NCBI GenBank assembly: GCA_049606355.1
Contig: JBMYVL010000012.1
Location: 1-30,491 of the forward strand
DNA length: 30,491 nt
Direction of reading: 5' to 3'
From: Opitutales bacterium
GTDB taxonomy: Bacteria > Verrucomicrobiota > Verrucomicrobiia > Opitutales > Coraliomargaritaceae
A model generated the notes under the pieces. The model ran no database searches. It saw only the letters and a list, made by a program, of their open reading frames with translations, and was not told where the DNA came from. How positions within the stretch are numbered: position 1 is the stretch's first letter; the number at the start of each line of letters is the position of its first letter. Both the position numbers and the translations under genes were made by a program. Positions 16,184-24,398 of the stretch are shown here, piece after piece.

Positions 16184-17788
16184 ATGAGACTTCCCTTACC
16201 TCCATTCATCAACGCGCTTCGACCTTCCCTTTGGCTGATTGCTCTGTGTACCCATCTGCTTGGGGCAGCGGCGGACGAGCGACCCAATGTTCTGTTTCTT
16301 ACCATGGACGACATGAACTACGACTCGATTGAGTGCTATGGTTTGCAGATCGACGGGCTGACCCCGCACATGGATTCACTCGCCGCGAAGGGAACCCGTT
16401 TTGAATATGCCTACATCCAGACGCCGAGTTGCTCGCCGTCGCGAAACGTCCTGCACACCGGACACTACCCGCACAACAGCGGGATGCTGGGTTTCTTTGG
16501 CGTGGACTTTCCACAGGACACCTTGCCCGAAGCGCTGCGCAAGAACGGCTACTACACGGGCATTATTTTGAAAGTGGAGGACTCCACGCCGACCAATAAC
16601 GTCAAGCGCTACTGGGACTATGTGAAGGACTACCCGAAAAGCAGCGCGCGCAGCGTGGCGAGCTTCCGCGAGTCCTTCTCGCAGCTGATTGCCGGAGCTC
16701 AAGCTGAAGGCAAACCCTTCTACGCCAATGTGAATGTGAAGGACCCGCACCTTCCGTTCTATCGCGGCGAAAAGACCAAGGAAGGCTTCGATCAGTCTCC
16801 GCCGACTCGCCACCTGAGCCTCGATGAAGTCACGATCCCGGGCTTCCTCCCGCAGCACGACAACTTCCGCCAAGAGGTCACCGATTACTACAACACGGTG
16901 CGCCGCGGCGATGACTGTGTCGGCGAGGTGCTGGCAGTCCTGGAGGAGAGTGGGCTGAAGGACAACACCCTGATCATTTTCCTCTCGGACCACGGCATGT
17001 CCTTTCCCTTCGCCAAGTCCAACCTCTATCCGAACGGCGTGCGCACGCCGTGGATCATGGTCTGGCCCGGCAAGATCGAGTCCGGTGTGGTGGATGCCGT
17101 GAATATGGTTGCTTCGATCGACTTGATGCCGACGGTGCTGGACGCCACCGGCACTACGGCGCCTGGACCCTTGGCGGGTCGTTCCTTGTTGCCGCTCCTC
17201 AATGGGGAAGCCCAGGAAGACCGCGACCACGTTTTCGTCGAGCACAACGAAGGGCCGAGTGCGGATCCGCGTCCGATGCGGGCCATCCATACCCGAAACT
17301 ATGTGTATATTTTCAACGCCTGGGGCACGGGCGATTACCACGCCATTTTTGAATCCCGCTGGTGGCGCTCCTATGCGACCTTCGCGCAGCTCGCCAGGCA
17401 GAACCCCGACATCCAGCAGCGCTTCGACTTCCTGAGGTATCGCACGGTCGAAGAGCTTTACGATGTGCAGCAGGATCCCTTTGCGCTGAATAACCTCATC
17501 GACGATCCCGAGTATGCGGGAGTCGCGGACGAGCTGCGCGGTCGGCTGCAGACCTGGATGGCGGCCACCAACGATTATGCGCTCGAGGGTTTCCTCGTGC
17601 GCGATGATCTCGAGCAACTGCGCGCCTTCATGGAGACGACCGTGGCGGCATCAAAAGAGCGTTCGCTGCGCCTGGAATGGAAGCGCTGGCAGAAAAGCTT
17701 CTATGAGGCGGGGCGCCCGCAGGGTACGCTCACCGAGCTTGGGGAAGCAAATCTCGTAATTAAGGACTCTTCAAAGAAATCAAAATGA
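16184..17788 (+). CDS. Cys-type sulfatase (family S1), SGSH/heparan-N-sulfatase-like branch, paralogue 1 of 3
   Basis: 534 aa with a signal peptide. Motifs: NVLFLTMDDMNYDS, CSPSRNVLHTGHYPHNSG, DPHLPF, DYYNTVRRGDDCVG, FLSDHGMSFPFAKSNLY and MRAIHTRNY. It is closely related to 24399..25898 and 26931..28487. Confidence 0.95.
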   Translation: MRLPLPPFINALRPSLWLIALCTHLLGAAADERPNVLFLTMDDMNYDSIECYGLQIDGLTPHMDSLAAKGTRFEYAYIQTPSCSPSRNVLHTGHYPHNSGMLGFFGVDFPQDTLPEALRKNGYYTGIILKVEDSTPTNNVKRYWDYVKDYPKSSARSVASFRESFSQLIAGAQAEGKPFYANVNVKDPHLPFYRGEKTKEGFDQSPPTRHLSLDEVTIPGFLPQHDNFRQEVTDYYNTVRRGDDCVGEVLAVLEESGLKDNTLIIFLSDHGMSFPFAKSNLYPNGVRTPWIMVWPGKIESGVVDAVNMVASIDLMPTVLDATGTTAPGPLAGRSLLPLLNGEAQEDRDHVFVEHNEGPSADPRPMRAIHTRNYVYIFNAWGTGDYHAIFESRWWRSYATFAQLARQNPDIQQRFDFLRYRTVEELYDVQQDPFALNNLIDDPEYAGVADELRGRLQTWMAATNDYALEGFLVRDDLEQLRAFMETTVAASKERSLRLEWKRWQKSFYEAGRPQGTLTELGEANLVIKDSSKKSK

Positions 17789-19695
17789 ACCATCTATTAA
17801 AAGTACTAGTACTGGCCTGTGTTTTGTCGTGCCCTTCCGTGTTCGCACAAAAACCGAACATCCTGATCTATCTGGCGGATGACCTCGGCTATGGCTCGAT
17901 CAACAGCTATGGGGCACCGGAAACCTTACTGCAAACCCCGCACTTGAATCAGTTGGCGGCACAGGGTGTGCAGTTCGACAATGCCTACACGCCGGCCTCT
18001 GTGTGCACGCCGACCCGCTATGCGATGCTGACGGGTGAGTACCCCTGGCGCTCGCGACTGAAGAAGGGCGTTATCTCGAAAACCGATTACACGCTGGTTG
18101 ACTGGAACCGTGTCTCCCTGGCGAAGTGGTTGCAGCAGCAAGGCTATACCACCGCACACGTCGGCAAGTGGCATTTGGGCTACAAAACACAGGGGCCGGT
18201 TTCCAATCTTTTGGGCGACTTGAGCGAAGGAGGGCCGATGGGGCTCGGCTTTGACTACCACTTTGGTGTGCCGTCGAATTTGGAGGATGTTCACAAAGTC
18301 TACGTCGAGAACGACGGAGTCTGGGGGCTACGCTCGGATCAGATGCAACCCTATGGGAGTACTTGGTATGCCACACGCGCTGGGAAGGTTGGACCGTATC
18401 GCGGCTACGATGCGCCGCAACGCGTCACTGAGAATGTCATGACCATGACCACTGACAAGGCCGTTGAGTGGCTCGAACAACAGAGCAGTGAGCAACCGTT
18501 TTTCCTCTATTACGGTGCCGTCGCGGTGCACAACCCGATTGAGCCGGCACCCGAGCTGCGCGGCTCGAGCAACTGCGGTCTCTATGGTGATTTCCTTCAG
18601 GAGGTGGATCATACCTTCGGGCGCATGGTCCAAACGCTCGAGCAAAAGGGTCTGCTGGACAATACCCTCATTATTTTTGCCAGTGATAACGGCGGCGAGC
18701 GCTATGCTGGCGGCTGGCCGCACAACGATGCCGAAGATGCAGGCCTCGCGATTAACGGACCGCTGCGTGGCAAGAAGGGCACCATTTGGGAAGGTGGCTT
18801 CAAGACGCCACTTATTGTCAGCCACCCTAAGGGTGCGGTGCCGGCAGGCCTGCGTTCGAATGCGCGCGTGTCGGTAGTCGATTTCTTCGCCACGCTGGCC
18901 GAGTATGTGGCCGGCCCCGATGCTGTGGAGCAACTCGATGCGCCGGACAGTGTCAGTTTCAAGCAGGAGCTCCTGCAACCGGGTCGGTCTGCCTTCGAGC
19001 GTCCGCCGCTGGTCCTGAGTGATCGCCTCGGTCGTAAAGCGCTGCACTTTGACCACTGGAAATACATTGAGGCAGTCACCGGTAAAAAGCAGCAGCCTGC
19101 TTTACTGTTTGATCTGAGCACGGACCCGATGGAGAGGCGTAACCTGCTGGGCGAAAAGCCGCAGGTGGCCGAGCAGGGTCGCCGGCTCTTGGCAGAGATT
19201 GTCGACGGAGACGACGTCATCGAATGGGATGACGGGGGCGGTGGCTACAAGCATGCGCCGGCATTTGACCCTCGGTCCGGGACCTACCATCTGGAACTGA
19301 AGGCCATCACCGGAGTTACCGGACAATCGTACTGCTATATTTATAAGGACTTGGCGGCGCAGGCAGGTCAGACTTGGGAGGCTTCGATCTACGCCAAACT
19401 CACCGAAGCACCCGGTGGTGGCAGGGCCTGTGGGCAATTTAAACTTTCGTTTATCGACACCGAAGGCAATAAACTCGTTACGCACGAATCCAAGAAATTA
19501 ACCTCGCCCAGCAGTCAGTACCAGCAGCTGGCGATCCGGGCCACTGCTCCCAAAGGCACTGTCCTGGTCCGCATGACTCCTGTCGTAGCGCTCCGCGGAG
19601 AGAACGGCACCATAGCCGCTTACTACGATGATGCCCGACTGTCTTCCGGGGCGTCGGTTTTCACAAGCGGCTTTGAAACCGGTGCCGTGCGCTGA
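17785..19695 (+). CDS. Cys-type sulfatase (family S1) fused to a C-terminal beta-sandwich (CBM-like) domain of about 160 aa
   Basis: 636 aa with a signal peptide. Motifs: PNILIYLADDLGYG, CTPTRYAMLTGEYPW (Cys codon 18004-18006), GKWHLG and ASDNGG. Extra domain from about aa 478 (nt 19216..19692). The start overlaps the upstream stop as ATGA. Confidence 0.93.
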   Translation: MNHLLKVLVLACVLSCPSVFAQKPNILIYLADDLGYGSINSYGAPETLLQTPHLNQLAAQGVQFDNAYTPASVCTPTRYAMLTGEYPWRSRLKKGVISKTDYTLVDWNRVSLAKWLQQQGYTTAHVGKWHLGYKTQGPVSNLLGDLSEGGPMGLGFDYHFGVPSNLEDVHKVYVENDGVWGLRSDQMQPYGSTWYATRAGKVGPYRGYDAPQRVTENVMTMTTDKAVEWLEQQSSEQPFFLYYGAVAVHNPIEPAPELRGSSNCGLYGDFLQEVDHTFGRMVQTLEQKGLLDNTLIIFASDNGGERYAGGWPHNDAEDAGLAINGPLRGKKGTIWEGGFKTPLIVSHPKGAVPAGLRSNARVSVVDFFATLAEYVAGPDAVEQLDAPDSVSFKQELLQPGRSAFERPPLVLSDRLGRKALHFDHWKYIEAVTGKKQQPALLFDLSTDPMERRNLLGEKPQVAEQGRRLLAEIVDGDDVIEWDDGGGGYKHAPAFDPRSGTYHLELKAITGVTGQSYCYIYKDLAAQAGQTWEASIYAKLTEAPGGGRACGQFKLSFIDTEGNKLVTHESKKLTSPSSQYQQLAIRATAPKGTVLVRMTPVVALRGENGTIAAYYDDARLSSGASVFTSGFETGAVR

Positions 19696-19730
19696 GTCCT
19701 TGCGATGCACCCAATAACCCAAAAATAGAA

Positions 19731-21329
19731 ATGATGAAGACCTTTACGATCCTTTGCGCTCTGCTTGCGTTCGCCGGTGCGGCGCAGGCAACCGAGCAGC
19801 CGAATATTCTATTCATCTTTCCGGACCAACTGCAGCGGGATGTGTTGAGTGTCTATGGCGGTCCGGTGGACACCCCGAATATCGACCGACTGGCGGAGGA
19901 GGGCGTGTTGTTTTCGGATGCGGTGTGTCCGACGCCGTACTGTGCGCCGACCCGCATGTCGCTGGTCACGGCCCTGTATCCGCAACAACATGGCGTCGTG
20001 CAAAACACCGGTTGGAAACAACGCGGGATGCGGCCCGATGAGAAAACCTATCCGCGTGTGCTCTGGGAGGATGGCTACGCCACTCACTACTACGGGAAGT
20101 GGCATCTGGAGGATAAAAAGAAGGGCGATACGGTCGCCTGGTATCCTGACCAGTTCCGTTATTTTCCCGAGTTCCAGGAAAACATGGCAGACAAGCTCGA
20201 GACCTACCGCAGTCGCGGCAAAGGCAAGTACTCGGAATGGTATGGCCTCGTCTTCCCGGTCGAGACCTCCGACGAGCTGAGGATGGCCCTTGATCACAAC
20301 GATCTGTGGGGCAAGTGGAAGGAGCACTGGGCCGGGCAAATGGTACTCGGGATGGGGATGCTCGATCTGCCGCTGGAGGATTGCTTCGACACCCAAATCG
20401 CGGATCGGGCGATTGAAATTATTCAGACCAAGACGGCGGCGGGGCAGCCCTTCTACCTTAATGCCGCTTTCAACGTGCCGCACGACCCTTACATCGTTCC
20501 AAAGGAATACTACGACATGTTCCCGATCGAGGAGATTGAGCTGCCAGCCAACTTTAATGCGCTTGAGGACCGCTTTAAGCACGACTGGGCCCGGCAGGTA
20601 AATCTACAAACCCGCGGACCCAACGGCGAGGAGTTTGGCGTGCTCGAGTTCATGCGGGTCTATTACGCGAACGTGAAATTCCTCGACGATCAGGTGGGCC
20701 GTATCCTCGCTGCGCTCGAGGCAAGCGGCGAGATGGACAACACCATCATTGTCTTTCTAGCAGACCATGGTGACATGGCGGGTGGCCATGGCATGACCTG
20801 GAAGGAGACGGTGTCCTTTTACGAAGAAGTCGCGGCGATACCCTTGATCATTCGTTATCCGCAGCAGCTCAAGCCGCATGTGACCTCGACGCCCGCCAAC
20901 ATCGCCGATGTGTTTCCGACCGTATTTGACATGCTCGGCCGTGAGCAGCTTCCGGGGATCTCCGGTGGCAGTTTACTGCCCTACATCAATGGCGAGAAGA
21001 ACCCGGACGAGGCCTTTCCCTATACCTTCAGCGTGCGGATCAGTAACAATCCAAAGGCCGAGCGCGAGATCCTCCCGGAAATGGGAGGGCACTTCATGGT
21101 GCGTGGCAAAGGCTTCAAATACATGGTCTTCGGGCAGATTGAGCGGCGTGACTATCGCTACAATGCGGAGCCGATGGACCTCTTGTTCGATTTAAACAAG
21201 GACCCGGGCGAAACCGTGAACCTAGCCAACAATCCGAAGTATGATTCGATCAAGAAAGAGATGAATCAGGTCTTGCAGGATTGGCTCGAAGCGACCGGCT
21301 GGAAGGGCCGGCCGGCCTTGGCCTATTAA
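19731..21329 (+). CDS. Cys-type sulfatase (family S1), variant with a PDQL N-terminal metal-site motif (choline-sulfatase-like style)
   Basis: 532 aa with a signal peptide. Motifs: PNILFIFPDQL, CAPTRMSLVTALYPQQHG, GKWHL, NVPHDPY, LADHGDM and DPGETVNL. Confidence 0.93.
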   Translation: MMKTFTILCALLAFAGAAQATEQPNILFIFPDQLQRDVLSVYGGPVDTPNIDRLAEEGVLFSDAVCPTPYCAPTRMSLVTALYPQQHGVVQNTGWKQRGMRPDEKTYPRVLWEDGYATHYYGKWHLEDKKKGDTVAWYPDQFRYFPEFQENMADKLETYRSRGKGKYSEWYGLVFPVETSDELRMALDHNDLWGKWKEHWAGQMVLGMGMLDLPLEDCFDTQIADRAIEIIQTKTAAGQPFYLNAAFNVPHDPYIVPKEYYDMFPIEEIELPANFNALEDRFKHDWARQVNLQTRGPNGEEFGVLEFMRVYYANVKFLDDQVGRILAALEASGEMDNTIIVFLADHGDMAGGHGMTWKETVSFYEEVAAIPLIIRYPQQLKPHVTSTPANIADVFPTVFDMLGREQLPGISGGSLLPYINGEKNPDEAFPYTFSVRISNNPKAEREILPEMGGHFMVRGKGFKYMVFGQIERRDYRYNAEPMDLLFDLNKDPGETVNLANNPKYDSIKKEMNQVLQDWLEATGWKGRPALAY

Positions 21330-21330
21330 T

Positions 21331-22104
21331 ATGAAGCGCTATTATTACTGGTTTTCCCTATGTCTTTTTGCCGCTGTCAGTTCGGCATCGGCTCAGAAAC
21401 CCTCCTCGGGCTGGCAGGCACTCTACGAGGCCAAGTACTTCGAGGGCATGCCGTATCGTCTCATGCCCCCCCTCGATTTCGATGCGGAGGCGCGCTATCC
21501 AATCATCATCTCCCTGCATGGGGCGGGCGGCCGTGGCAGCGACAATCAAAGGCAGCTGAAAGTCTGGAACCAGCAGCTCACTGAGCAAGCCAATCGTAGG
21601 AACTTTCCCTGTTACGTGCTCGCTCCCCAGTCGAATCGCCACTGGGAACTCGAGCTTTTTGAGAAGGTCAGGCAGATCATCGCAACCCTGCCCGCGGTCG
21701 ATAGCGAGCGGATCTATATCATGGGGCACTCCATGGGGGGGCATGGCACCTTTCTGTGGACGCAGCACGATCCGGATTATTTTGCCGCCGCTGCGGCCTG
21801 CGCCGGCACGGGGCGCACGGGACGACCGGAATTTGTGCAAGCCGAGCGCCTGAAAGATCTGCCGCTGTGGGTCTTTCATGGCGATCAGGACAAGGTCTGC
21901 TCGTACGCGCTCGCTGCAAAACTACTGCAGGACATGCGCGCACTCGGCGGCAACATGAAGCTGACGACTTGGAAAGGCCAAGGGCATGGGGTTGCCGCGA
22001 AGATCATTCCCGGCAACAAGGGGAACATCACCGAGCTCGCGAGTGATCGCAGCGATCCCGAACCGGATTTCCTGACCTGGCTGTTTAAGCAACGTAAGCG
22101 GTAG
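21331..22104 (+). CDS. Secreted alpha/beta-hydrolase, putative carbohydrate esterase (COG4099-like predicted esterase/peptidase fold)
   Basis: 257 aa with a signal peptide. Motifs: LHGAGGRGSDN, the nucleophile elbow GHSMGG (Ser codon 21730-21732) and VFHGDQDKV. It is a paralogue of the esterase domain in 22344..24389. Confidence 0.85.
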   Translation: MKRYYYWFSLCLFAAVSSASAQKPSSGWQALYEAKYFEGMPYRLMPPLDFDAEARYPIIISLHGAGGRGSDNQRQLKVWNQQLTEQANRRNFPCYVLAPQSNRHWELELFEKVRQIIATLPAVDSERIYIMGHSMGGHGTFLWTQHDPDYFAAAAACAGTGRTGRPEFVQAERLKDLPLWVFHGDQDKVCSYALAAKLLQDMRALGGNMKLTTWKGQGHGVAAKIIPGNKGNITELASDRSDPEPDFLTWLFKQRKR

Positions 22105-22343
22105 AGCCGATCGATTCACCCGGAGCGCACCGTTTTGATATCGATGGGCCGTAGGCTTCGCTTCGGCTCGGACCGCGGGGACGCGGTCCCTCCAGTGCCG
22201 ACTGGGCTGATTTGGGTATGAATTGGAGGGCGATGCTCTGTCATCGCCGCCATTCGGTTCGCCTGCGGCAACGACGGAGCGTGCCCTCCAGGATTACCTC
22301 CGAACGCGAATCAGATTTTCAAAAGGTAACAGGGCAACGGGTC

Positions 22344-24389
22344 CTAAGGCGTTGTTTCGACGCGATAGAAGGCCTTGCCAGAGCCCTTCGTGACAGCGAA
22401 GGTATTGGTCCCCGAGGCATCGGCCGGGATCTGCTGAGGCTGCATTGGAGTCCACTCGCCTGTGCTCAGGTCGGCTCGGCTATAGACCGTGTAGAATTTG
22501 CCCGGAACGCTGCTCCAGGAGAGCGTCAGGTCGCCCCCGTTCTCAACTGGTTGAAGCATTCGAAAGACGGAGCTTGCATCGGTCGGGGAGGTGCCGGCGT
22601 TGAGCTCCTGTTGGCCGGTCCTGCCGTCGCCGTCGCTGTCCTGCTCGAGCAGCGGCGCCAACTCAGGTGTCGAAGGATAGTACTTCGATAGGTAGCTCAT
22701 TTTCAGCATCCATTCGTAGAGGTCGGCGCGCTTATAGGTCTCGCTCCAGACATTGTGCGGGCCACCGACGATGGTGTGGAAGTCGCTGTTCTGCGCGCCG
22801 GCGGCGAGCAGGGCATTGTGCCAATCGACCGAAGCCTGATAGGGCACGGTGCCATCCTGATCGCCATGAAAGATCCATATCGGAAGGTGTGCAATGGCAG
22901 TCGCCTGGGTATGGTCACCGTTGCCGCAAATCGGAACAAGAGCGGCGTATTTGTTCGGGTGCCTGAGCGCGGAGGTGTAAGTGCCGCGGCCCCCCATGCT
23001 CTGGCCAGTGATGATGATACGATCCGGATCGATCCGAAAACGGGCGAGGTGCTCGTCAACGAGGGTATCGATGTTATTCTGCGCCGCGCTGCCTCCCCAG
23101 GACTCCCCGGACTTGCATTGCGGACTGAGCACGATGAAGTCGTCGAGCAGCGGATCGTTGTTTCGGATGCGCGAGGGCGGCCCGCCTGCTGCACGAATGG
23201 ACAAGGCATCGCTGCCGCGGTTGCCGGCACCATGCAGCCAGAGGATCATTGGCCACTGCTGGTTCGGGTCATCGTTGTAATCCGCCGGTAGGAAGCGCAG
23301 GTATTCCTGCACCTTGCTCAAGCCGGCGGTGTAGGGGTGCTGCCCCGTCAGCTCTGCGCCGCTCGGAACAATGTAAAAGGGAAGCGAAACCGAATCGGTG
23401 CCGCCCACGTCATCGGTCGCGATGACGGTGAGTGTATGCGTGCCGGGCGCGACACTCGTGAATGCGTTCTCAAGGGTGTAGCTGCTGTCCGTAGTGTTCT
23501 GGTCGATTAACACATTGTCGATCAGGATACGGATGCTGCTGATGCTGCCGTCGCTATCGCTGGCCGAGATTTGCAGACTATCGGTGCTGCCTTCGTCGAT
23601 TTCTTCATATTTGCCGGGTCCGGACACGATACTGACGGTGGGCAGGACGTTGCCGTCGTTCGGGTCGTCGATACTGAAGTTATCGATCGCAAAGATGTTG
23701 TTGTAGGTGCCCACGGCGAAGGCCACATCACTGACGCCGTCATGTGTAAAGGTGAACGAGACCGGGGTGGTTCCGGCGCTAGTCTCACCAGTGAGCGGTA
23801 CCCCGTTGCTGCCGGAATCCTGAACATAGTCGATCGTCGCAGCGCCGGCACCGGATGCGGTGAAGGGCTTGGGACTACCGGCGCCCGAACCCCAGCCGTT
23901 GTGGGTGCCATCGATGAGGATGCCATTGTTGGCATCGTGACCGCTGACTAGTGCGAGCCAATAGCGGCCGGCATTGCCCCCGCTGGCATCGCCGATCACG
24001 TCAAAGGAAACGGTGTATTCGATCCCGCTGGCAAAATTTGAAGCATTGAGGATGACACTTAGCGCACGCGCATTCGTGCCGCGGCCGGCCTGGGCGCGTG
24101 CCTGACCGTATGTGGCAATTGAATTGGCCGCACTCGAGCCCGAGCCATCACCCTTCGCAGGGTTGTCGACTCCACCGTTGCCATCCGAAAAGACCCAGGT
24201 GCCGTAGCTGTAGGAGCCGCCATTGCTCAGCTCTGAAGAGGCCGAGAAATGCCCGTATTTGGAAGGGCTACTGAAGTCCTCCGAATAAATCGTTGCTGCC
24301 GTGAGCGAGGATGTGTGGACGAGTAGGCTGAGTAGCCAGACGGACCGGAGGCGTCCGGTGCGGCGCGGATGGTTTGGACTGAGGTTCAT
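22344..24389 (-). CDS. Secreted multidomain esterase: CBM-like jelly-roll module, Ig-like domain, alpha/beta-hydrolase esterase domain, TSP3 repeat and C-terminal tail module
   Basis: 681 aa. The N-terminal module (YSEDF...SYSYG...VSFDVIGDASGG...FAVGTYNNIFAIDNFSI; nt 23667..24293) is homologous to 7342..7917. Ig-like domain at about nt 23364..23651. Esterase motifs: LHGAGNRGSD, GQSMGG (Ser codon 22998-23000) and IFHGDQDGTV. The C-terminus carries DSDGDG...ELNAGTSPTDASSVFRM...FYRVETTP. Confidence 0.85.
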   Translation of the reverse strand: MNLSPNHPRRTGRLRSVWLLSLLVHTSSLTAATIYSEDFSSPSKYGHFSASSELSNGGSYSYGTWVFSDGNGGVDNPAKGDGSGSSAANSIATYGQARAQAGRGTNARALSVILNASNFASGIEYTVSFDVIGDASGGNAGRYWLALVSGHDANNGILIDGTHNGWGSGAGSPKPFTASGAGAATIDYVQDSGSNGVPLTGETSAGTTPVSFTFTHDGVSDVAFAVGTYNNIFAIDNFSIDDPNDGNVLPTVSIVSGPGKYEEIDEGSTDSLQISASDSDGSISSIRILIDNVLIDQNTTDSSYTLENAFTSVAPGTHTLTVIATDDVGGTDSVSLPFYIVPSGAELTGQHPYTAGLSKVQEYLRFLPADYNDDPNQQWPMILWLHGAGNRGSDALSIRAAGGPPSRIRNNDPLLDDFIVLSPQCKSGESWGGSAAQNNIDTLVDEHLARFRIDPDRIIITGQSMGGRGTYTSALRHPNKYAALVPICGNGDHTQATAIAHLPIWIFHGDQDGTVPYQASVDWHNALLAAGAQNSDFHTIVGGPHNVWSETYKRADLYEWMLKMSYLSKYYPSTPELAPLLEQDSDGDGRTGQQELNAGTSPTDASSVFRMLQPVENGGDLTLSWSSVPGKFYTVYSRADLSTGEWTPMQPQQIPADASGTNTFAVTKGSGKAFYRVETTP

Positions 24390-24398
24390 TGGCTTGGC

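Noticed and set aside
16376-17617. Minus-strand ORF of 413 aa inside the 16184..17788 sulfatase
   Set aside because: It is an antisense shadow of a sulfatase carrying a full motif set. Its composition is Arg/Val/Gly-rich and it shows no domain signature.
22224-22292. Possible tRNA-like element: an 8-bp terminal stem enclosing about 50 nt, with a GGTTCG string
   Set aside because: The internal pairing does not fold into a cloverleaf. There are no D-arm or anticodon-arm geometries, no T-loop GTTCGAATC consensus and no CCA or discriminator context, and the stems compete with one another. It is treated as generic intergenic structure.
22212-22691. 159-aa plus-strand ORF in the convergent spacer running into the esterase gene
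   Set aside because: Most of it is antisense to the well-supported C-terminus of the 681-aa esterase protein. It is Arg-rich with shadow-type composition.
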